From assembly GCA_048213135.1 (NCBI GenBank), contig AFZH01018780.1, positions 1-32,935 on the forward strand: a stretch of DNA of 32,935 nucleotides. Direction: 5' to 3'. Below the pieces are notes generated by a model. The model did no database searches. It was given only the letters and a program-made list of their open reading frames with translations, and had not been told where the DNA came from. Numbering within the stretch: position 1 is the first letter of the stretch; each line of letters opens with the position of its first letter. Positions 24,701 to 32,935 of this stretch are shown piece by piece. The DNA is from Reclinomonas americana ATCC 50394 (taxonomy: Eukaryota). A program made the position numbers and the translations under genes.

Positions 24701-27700
24701 TGCGCACCGATGTGCGCCCGTCGGCCGCCGCCGTGGTGTTCCTCACGAGGCAGATGACGTCGGAGATTCTGTCGATTCGCAACACTGCGTTGCGTAAGCT
24801 TTGCACGCCACAGGGTTAGCTTGTCTGCTCAACGCCCTCTCACACAGATCGCATGCCATGAATCTCATGCTGTCCCACTTCAAGTACCCTTCGCCGCGAG
24901 TCATGATTGATCGGTGCTGCGCGTCTCTGCCATCGCGCTAGTCCCCCACCTTTTTTTCGTGTCTCACCGATGTTTGTCGGCACACAGACCTGCACTGGAC
25001 AAGCCGTCGCCATACCATCAAATCGAAGTGTTCGCCCGTGTGCCGCAGACGGAGAGCGAGTGGAAGGATTGCGAGTTCATGGAGCGAAGTGCGTGATTCG
25101 ATTGCGCGATGTACGCGTGTGTATCACATGCACTCACCCTCCCCTACACAGACTGCTTTGGATTCTACCAGCTCCCACGACGCTTCCCCGTGTACTCGTA
25201 CCGCGACGAAGTGATTCAGGCTGTGCGCAGCACGCCGGAGGGGCAGGAGCGTGTGGCCACTGTCGACGCACTGGCGGTGTTGCTCACGAACCTGTTCCAC
25301 GAACAACACAGTGCGTGCAGGGCATCATCACCTCCTTTGCCACCGAGTGTCATGCTCACTCCCTGTGCTTGTGGGTGCTTGTGCAGCGGCGGACGATGGC
25401 AAGAGCGTGAACTTTATTCGCAAGTACATTGACATGTCATTGCTGGAGGTCGACTCGAACGTTGCGTGCACCGCACCCGTACTCCTCATACTTCATCAAC
25501 GAGTTGCTCACCGTCGTCGATGTACACAGCCGGTGCCGTACAGCACCTCGCTGGCCAACATTTGGAAGGGCTGGGCGCAGATTCTCGGCCTCAAGTTGTG
25601 GGACGAGCTCAAGCCGATCCTGCACGACTTCAAGGCCATTGCTGGCCAGACCATCCCGGAGGAGCGCACCAAGATGCGCGCCACCGCCGAGATCATTGGT
25701 GGCTTGTCGCGTGGCTGCAAGCACTGGCCGTATGCCCACCAAGTGCAATACGTGCGTCGACCGCCATCTCACCTGTTGTATGAACGGTTTCGTTGGTGCT
25801 CATTTGTTGTGTGTGCGTTTCAAGTGGCGTGAGGTCAGCGAAGTGCTGCGACACTGCTTGAAGCACAGCTCGTTGCAGTGTGCTGCCGACTGGAGCGACT
25901 GCCTCCGTGATTGCGTATATGACAAGGATCCGCGGCGTATCCAGTGGCTTGTTGGTGCGTCGCTGCAACTCTCTCGCACACCATCATTCATGTGTGTGAG
26001 AATTGACTGGCTTGCGCGCTCGCAGACTTGCTGTTTGAGGACCTCGATCTGGGCGACGCATCGGTACCATCGTCACTGCATGTGCGGCGGCTGACGTACC
26101 TCGGACCGGTGATTGGCGAGCTGAGCTGGCGCAGCCCGCGACTGGACTGTTGCGTTTTGGGGGGGACAGTGGATGAAGGAAGGGAGGAGGAGGAGGAGGA
26201 GAAGGAAACAGACATGGGCGTTGACAAAAAGACTGTACAAGTATCTCACTTTTGTGATGTGCGATTGCAGATCGGGCACTCGACTTGGTGCGTGCGCATC
26301 TCGGCCACCCGTACCAGCAAGTGCGCGGACGCATTTCGTCGCTGCTCGTTCGAGTTGCGTGGGGAGGAGTAGCGCCGATTTCGCCCCTTATTCGTTGTAG
26401 TGCTCACGCTCGCGCAGGTGGTGCGCAACATGTGGAAGCCGGCCTTCCTACGCGCCTCTGGTGGCTTCCTGCTGTCGGCAGATGCCTCCGGCAACGAGGT
26501 GGACCCGGTGATCATGCAGTTCATTCGTGAGTGGGCGGCAAGTTTGGAGACGCTGGACATGGGCACTGCGATGGATGTGATTGCCGCGCAGCAGACGCTG
26601 CAGGTCGAGTCAGTTGCGTCAGCTTCTCTTTGGCACAGTCGGAACGAGAAGATGACAGTTGATTCGGGCAGGCAACGTCGACGGTTGGAAGCGCAGCGGC
26701 AGGCGAGGGTGCTTCGGTGCAACCACCGCCGCCTCCCGCCGGTCTCGGACGGTCGGCTTTGATCGACGTTGATCCGGCGCGCCTGGTGGCGCTGGCGCAG
26801 AGCCGCTCGTTGCCGGAGGAGTTGCAGGATGCACTCGAAAAGTACCTGGCGTCCGAGAATCGCACACTGGACGATTTGTCGAACCTGGTGTGTGTTGATG
26901 TATAGGTGTGCTTCGCTGCGCGGATTTCCTTGATCCTCACGTCGCATGGTGTGTCGTGCAGTTGCCCGATGTGACTGTGCCAGTGGAGCTGCAAGAGATG
27001 ATGCTGAAGCACTTGCACGGCGCCCTGCAGTCCAGTGTGACCGAGCTCGCCAGTCTGGTGAGTGAAGATGCTTGATTTCCCCAGTGTTTATCATGCCAGC
27101 TGACATGGTGGCGCTAAAGGACCAGGCCGAACTGGATGAGAGTGAGGAGGATGATCACGCGGCCGCCAGCGAAGGTAATGGGAGGCACAGTGCTTCTCCT
27201 TGTCTTTTTTTTTGCTGTGTACTCACTGCGGTAACACCGCCCACAGCCACGTTGCAAGTGGCGGATTCGCACCGACGACTGCCGGCCGAGATGCAGCAGA
27301 CGCTGCGCCTGCTGAACACGCTAAAGACGGCGCTCGATTTTGTCGCGCGCAGCAGCAGCTCGTGCAGCAATCGGTCGTACTTTATGTACACATTTGTGCT
27401 GATGCCGGTGCTGTTCAAGGCGCAATCTATTCCAGACGAGGTGCGTTTTTCTCGCGTGTGTGCTGTTGTCTCACAGCGATGGGGGCTCACTCCGTGCTGT
27501 GTATGGTTTGCAGTCGGTGAAGCGTCTGTCGCTGTCCATTTTCAGCGGCGTGGCGCACATTGTGTTTGTCGGTGCACGGTATCCGCCCGATGCGGCCCTC
27601 GTGTGGGGCGCGGAGTATGGTGCGCTGAGGGGAGGGGAAGAGTGTGGAGAAGGGAGGAAGGGAAGAGAGACGAACACTGTCTACATCAAGTCTCTGCCTC

Positions 27701-29039
27701 TCCTTTCTGTCTGTGTTGCCATTTGTGTAGAAGGCTGAGGGAGAAAGAGGGAATGAGGATGTCTTGTATTCAACGTGTATTTACCTCTCCGTTTCTGTCT
27801 CTCTGTCACCCTGTCAGTGTGTATGTGTCTTGTTTGTATGTGTTTCTCTGCCTTGGTTTCTTTCACTTCCGATTACATCTCTCGCTTCCCTCGACACGAA
27901 CGTGCGTGCTGTCATTCTTTCACCTTTGTTTCTCACTCTGCCCCCCTCTCTGTATGTCTGTTTGTCTGTCTGTTATGCGTGCATCGCTTCCGTGGTTTTC
28001 TCACTCCGATTGAGTCTCTTCTCTCCCTCCAGTCCCTCCCACTCTCTGTCTTTGTCTCATTCACTGTCTGATTACATCTTCCTCTTTCATCCTCACTCCA
28101 TCTATCTCTTCTGCACGTCTCCCCATGCCTCACTCCTCCCTTTCCCCTGCCCGCTGTAGCGCCTTCGAACTGCTCGGACCTCATCATCCAGTACGCGCAA
28201 CAACTGCTGATGGAGAACGCCAAGGATGTCACCTGGCTGCACAGACACGTTGTGCTCAGCATGCTGCAGTTGCGTGACGTCGCCTCCCCCTCCCGTCGAT
28301 GTTGGCACTGAACGAGCGTAACTCTGCGCAGGCCGCTGATTTTCCGCAACCGGTTCATGCTGACCGAGGCCTCGTGGGATCAATTCTTCGATGCGATCAT
28401 CGCGGCGCTGTCGGACAAGACGCTGGAGGTGCGCGAGGCGGCCTCAGTCACCCTGTCGGGCTACATTTCAGTGTTGGACGCTGAAGGGAAGCTGCCCGCG
28501 ATGATTGTTGCGTGACGCCCCCCGCTCCACTCGTGCCAGTCGCGATCACTCACTCCGTGTGTCGCAGGAGCGCTTCGAGGCACTGGCGAACTCGCCAATC
28601 AGGAAAAAGGGCAAGAAGTACGACCTCACCGATCCACTCTGTTGCGTCGCCCTTGCTTTTTCGCTCACTCTCCTTTGCGACTCATCGCCGAGTGCAGTGC
28701 GCGAACACACGTCGCTGCGTCAGAGTGGTATCCTCGGTCTGGCTTCCATCGTGCGCGCCTTCCCGCATGAGATCCGCCCGTACACGCCGCACGTGCTGGT
28801 GACCGTGGCCAAGCACATCAACGATCCGTCGCCCGTGCCGGTTCGTCTCACTCCCTCCATTTGGCGTGCATGAAGTTTGCAGGCTGACTTTTCCTATGAT
28901 GCAGACGGCCGTCAAGAAGGTGCTGAGCGACTTCTGGAAGACGCATCGCGACAACTGGGCCAAGGAGAAGGAGCTATTCACCGAGGAGCAATTAGACGTG
29001 CTGAGCGAGCTGATGATCGCGCCCAGCTACTACTGTTGA
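18776..29039 (+). CDS. PSME4: Proteasome activator PA200/Blm10, ~49 introns
   Basis: Very long HEAT-type protein with PWRPFF, SRRFFAPEASEEIL, FYHP, ILPHLPG..ASNMSKS, HWKFQ, AEIIGGLSRGCKHWP, HLGHPYQQVR, LEVREAASVTLSG, GILGLASIVRAFPHEIRPY, AVKKVLSDFWKTHRDNW and terminal APSYYC* (YYX/HbYX gate-opening motif). Confidence 0.95.
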
Positions 29040-29257
29040 GCAAAAGTGCGCAACTCTTTCTCTCTTCGTATATGTGTACATGAAATGTAGGCGTACGTAG
29101 TATGAGCATGCATCAGCAGCGACAAGGGGTTGTTGCACGAACTTGAAGCGACCAATGCTCGCATTGGGGCGAGTCATGCTTGCATTTGTTATGTCGCAAA
29201 CGCTCCGTCCGTCCGTCGCTCGCAGTCACAGTTTAGTTTGTTGTGAGAGCCAAGAGA

Positions 29258-29718
29258 ATGCAACAGTGCCCCGTGTGTGAAGCCTACTTCCCGCAAGAGA
29301 TTATCGAGCAGCACGTGGATGCGTGCCTGTCAAACCCGCCTCAACAACAACACGCACCGCTTCCGCCTGCGCCTGTGGCCGTGCACTATCCCGCACCCGT
29401 GGCACAACAGCCACAACAGCCTCAGTATGCACCACAAGTGAGGTAAGTGCACGCGCGCGCGAGAGAGAGAGAGAGAGAGGGAAGAGTGCTGTGTTCGTTT
29501 TCTCCGCTTTTTCACTCAACCGTGTGCACACCTTCGCAGCTACGTGCAGCAGCCACCGCAGGCGCACTACCCCGCAGGAAGGTGAGCGGTACCTTCTCTC
29601 ACTTTGCGTGTGTGTCGTCTTTCCTTTTTCATCACACTCATGAGGATCAATACTTTGTGCGTCGCAGCTATGTGCCGCAGCCCCCGCAACCGCAGTACCC
29701 GCCAGTGAGGTGAGCGTG

Positions 29719-29751
<33 letters not shown>

Positions 29752-30837
29752 ACTCACACACACACACACACACACACTTGCGAACATGACATTGTGTCAT
29801 GTCACCGTCTCCGTACTCAACAACGATACTTTTTGTGCGTCGCAGCTACGTGGCACAGCCACCGCAACAACCGTACCCGCAAGTGAGGTACGCGCGCTCT
29901 CCTTCTGCACTCTTCCACATCGTTTGTTTGTTCGATCTCACTCTTGTTGCCACAGCTACGTGCCGCATCAGCCGCCGCCACCGGGACCCATGTACGCCCC
30001 TGCGTGAGTAGCTCTCTCTCTCTCTTCGGCTTGCCACTTCAAGCGCGCCTCGCTCACCTCTGCTTTGCAGCATGCCGGCGCCACCGCCACCGTTTGCTCC
30101 GTACCCGGTGGCCGGCTACGTGCCGCCAACACCGCCGCCAGCATACGACGCGTTGCGTAGCGAGTCTCTCCTACTCCCTTGACCACATTCGTCTCACCGT
30201 CGCCACTGCAGACCGCACCAGCCGCTCCCGGCCTACCCCGAGGTCACACCGCACGCGCACCCACAGGCAATGCCGGTGCCAGCGCCGGTACCACACGTGG
30301 CGTTGCCGCAGCCGCCGCCACAGGCGCCAGCGCCAGCGCCGCAGCACCAGCGAGAGGGCTCGTTCCTGGCCGTGGTGGATCATCCCGCCGCCGCCGCATC
30401 GGCCACACATGCCCACCACGTGCCCGATGTTGTGCAGGGCCCGCCGCCAGTGGAGCCACCGCCATTGCCGTTGCGTCACTCGCTGTTCTTGATTGCAGGA
30501 AAGAGAAAGAGAATGCTCACTTGTCGCAGTCAAACATTCCTGCAAGTGGTCGAGGACGATGAGACCAAGGTGCGTGACCACGAGCAGGGCTTGTTCCTCC
30601 CTCCGCCCCCCACCTCGCTCACAACGAATCGACGCGCAGAGTCTTCGCCTGGCATTCGAGCTGCAGCGCCAGTTTGACCGCGAGGCACAGCCGCAAGCGT
30701 CGGGCATCTCGGCTGAGGAGGAGGAACGGTGCGCACATCTACAGATCTCCCGTCGTCTCGTTTGCCGCCTCACACACACTCCCACATGCAGATTGTTCCA
30801 ACAGTGGCTGCGTGCCAATCAGGAAGGCCCACAGTAG
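29258..30837 (+). CDS. UBZ4 (Rad18-type) zinc-finger, Pro/Gln/Tyr-rich protein with C-terminal MIU/UIM-like helix, 9 introns
   Basis: CPVCEAYFPQEIIEQHVDACL (CxxC...HxxxC), repeated SYVxQPPQxxYP exons, and EDDETKSLRLAFELQRQFDRE; all exons join in frame. Confidence 0.8.
29718..29777. repeat. Compound (CT)n/(CA)n microsatellite in an intron; similar CA/GA/GT tracts occur throughout (e.g. 1065-1087, 8755-8782)
   Basis: Directly visible dinucleotide runs. Confidence 0.9.
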
Positions 30838-30928
30838 TCGTGCGTCGGTGTTGTTGCGTTGTGGCGACGCTCGTTGAATAAATGAGAGCAGTCCTCCGTC
30901 CTCCGTCTTTCGTCGTTTCTTTGTTACA

Positions 30929-31210
30929 ATGGAGAAGAGGAGTCTGGAGGTGCGTCCATGGGTGCTTCCACGCTACCGACTGGCCACCAAGTTCGCCTTT
31001 GTGTCGGCGGCGTTGGTGTGCGGCCACCAACTCGGCATCTACCTCGGCGAGTACTACGTGCAAGACAAGATGCGCAAGCAGGAGGAGCGGCAGCGCGGTG
31101 CAGCGAGTTGCGTGTGTGCACTGGGAGTGGACGCGAGAGTGGGGAGACTCACACGTTGTCTCTGTGTGTGTTTGTGTGTGCAAACAGCGTCGCCTCCATC
31201 TTCATCATAA
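30929..31210 (+). CDS. Small single-pass membrane protein (~66 aa, one intron 31107..31187)
   Basis: MEKRSLEVRPWVLPRYRLATKFAFVSAALVCGHQLGIYLGEYYVQDKMRKQEERQRGAA-TSPPSSS*; host-like GC3-rich codons; GTTGCGT...CAG intron. Confidence 0.6.
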   Translation: MEKRSLEVRPWVLPRYRLATKFAFVSAALVCGHQLGIYLGEYYVQDKMRKQEERQRGAASCVCALGVDARVGRLTRCLCVCLCVQTASPPSSS

Positions 31211-31388
31211 TGAATGCTCGTTCCTCGTAGAGACATGCCACGTTCTGCTGCAGAGAGTGAGAGCAACAGAGGGTTGCACACACACACACGCACGCACACA
31301 AACACGCATGCACACACACACACACACGCACGCACATTCATCCACGAAATTTGGCCTCCCTGCGCCCCACACGTTCACACATTCTTCC

Positions 31389-31574
31389 ATGAGCGATCAG
31401 CAGCTGCCTAAGCCCGAGCGCGACTGGACGTGCATCCATCGTCCCAACCCAGCCTACAACAAGGAGACGGAGGAGAGTGTGGAGAAGGTAGCGGAGGCAG
31501 TCCTCGCGGATGCGGCACTGGCGCCTCAGTGGGGGTGCATTCACCGCCCGTGCCCGCCGCCCGACAAAGAGTGA
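31389..31574 (+). CDS. 61-aa intronless peptide with two WxCIHRPxP motifs
   Basis: MSDQQLPKPERDWTCIHRPNPAYNKETEESVEKVAEAVLADAALAPQWGCIHRPCPPPDKE*; coding-like codon usage between microsatellite-rich flanks. Confidence 0.6.
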   Translation: MSDQQLPKPERDWTCIHRPNPAYNKETEESVEKVAEAVLADAALAPQWGCIHRPCPPPDKE

Positions 31575-32935
31575 TGTGTGTCTGTGTGTGAAAGAGAGAA
31601 AAGAGAAAAAGGAGAGAGACTGTCGATGATCTCTTGTGGATGAATGTTGTTGAGTTTGTTGTTGTTGTTGTTCGTGTAGTTGGGTAAACACCATTCGCTG
31701 TTGCTGTTGCTTTGAGTCGTTGTTGTATGGAGAGTTGTCTGTGGCGTGGGATGGAGAGTTGTCTGTGGCGGCGTGACGGTTGAGCTCTTGCAGTGGCCGT
31801 TACTATCGTTCGTGCTTGTTTGTGTGGATCATGTCGCTGGAGAGGCGACCCGTGCTCCTCCATGGACATGCATGCGTAGAGGTCGATCGGCCTCGGTTGG
31901 CGTGCCAGGCAGCGCACCACCATGAGGTTCGCAACATAGGTCGATATCGAGATTTGTGTGCTCCGCAGAGAAGCATGCCTGTCTTCGCCTTGTCAGTTAG
32001 CGCTCGCTGCTGGTCTTGCCACATGTGGCACACTGTGGCGGACAAGTGCAGCGTGCAGAGCGGCCACGGAGCAAGCGAGAGCGCACGCATATGCGCACCG
32101 ATTGGTTCACTGTCTCGTCTTCTCTCTCTCCAGCTTTCTGGAGGTGAGGCCTGCTACTTGTACGGCTCGACGACTCCATGAGCACACGTGGCTCGATGGT
32201 GCTGGTTGCACTATCTTTGCGACGTGATATCAAGAAACCATCAAATTCGGCCACGTAATTTAATCCCCCAGCACTGAGCTCACCTGTCTCCTCGCGCGCA
32301 GCTACGGCCCAACTACACACGCCACCACACTTTGCCACCACTCGTAGTACACAGAAGAGGATCAAAGGACAGCGATATACTGTAATCCACTGGTCAACCA
32401 CGTTATGCGGTGAAGATCGCAGTTCTCGACTTGTTCGGAGCTCCGAGAGCGAACACACACACACAAGGAACCTGCTGCTGCCTCAAGATTGGTGTCTGTA
32501 TTGAAGTTTTGGATACGGTTGAACTTGGTCATCAAGATGGCTGTTGCTTGTTTGTTGGTGAATGAATTTGTTGTTGTTGCGTATGGCAGCGCTGCAATTG
32601 CAATGCAGCGATGCAGTGATTGCTTATTCTGATCGATGCATCCCTCCCTGTCACGTCTTTTGCACACTAGAAAGCTGCACGTAAGCCCCATTTTACCTTT
32701 TTGTGTTCTTGCTTGTTGCCAAATTGGGACGAATGCATTCCGCGGTATTCCGAGATGCACCGCATCTCATAGCCCCGTCGTGCAGTCACTCAAGCGCAGC
32801 GTGGAGAGAAGCTCGTGCGTGTGGGAGGGAAAAGGTGCAATTCCTCTCGCCTCACCTCCACTCACTCTCCCTCACCCTCGCGCACACACGCATGCCTTAA
32901 CATGACACACAGTGCGTCAACAAGTATGTCTGCGA

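Noticed and set aside
27579-27586. GTATCC resembling a U12-type donor
   Set aside because: Lacks the following TT, and its phase is incompatible with the next PA200 exon; the donor at 27572 restores the frame.
18776-30837. PA200 next to a ubiquitin-binding protein as a functional cluster
   Set aside because: Adjacency alone in a gene-dense eukaryotic genome is not evidence; synteny data would be needed.
31727-31770. Direct repeat ATGGAGAGTTGTCTGTGGCG x2 (24-bp period)
   Set aside because: Two-copy local duplication with no element between the copies; no evidence of a target-site duplication.
31780-32935. Short ORFs in the lower-GC terminal region
   Set aside because: No recognisable domain, consistent exon chain, terminal repeats or transposase motifs; left unannotated.

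Overview
Compact, GC-rich, very intron-rich eukaryotic (protist-like) genomic DNA; no prokaryotic operon, CRISPR array, rRNA or tRNA is evident. Manual exon stitching gives about ten genes: a secreted glycine-rich protein (runs off the left edge), a GT61-type glycosyltransferase, a CLC-6/7-like anion/H+ antiporter, a kinesin-3 (motor-FHA-C2-coiled coil-CaaX), an FCP1/SCP-type phosphatase, an ependymin-like secreted protein, proteasome activator PA200/Blm10, a UBZ4/Pro-rich ubiquitin-adaptor-like protein and two small proteins. Most long ORFs in the six-frame track are shadows or intron read-through. The most striking signal is in the splicing code. About one fifth of the ~125-130 introns I could reconstruct (27 counted by hand) start with a +1-shifted donor, GTTGCG(T), instead of GTGCGT/GTRAGT, and none of these has G as the last exon base. 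Other points of interest are a possible GA-AG/AT-AC intron, a putatively prenylated kinesin, a GGGIP CLC filter, duplicated 42-nt exons, an intronic ~82/164-bp satellite and a 61-aa peptide with a repeated WxCIHRPxP core. All gene models are manual and have no RNA support.
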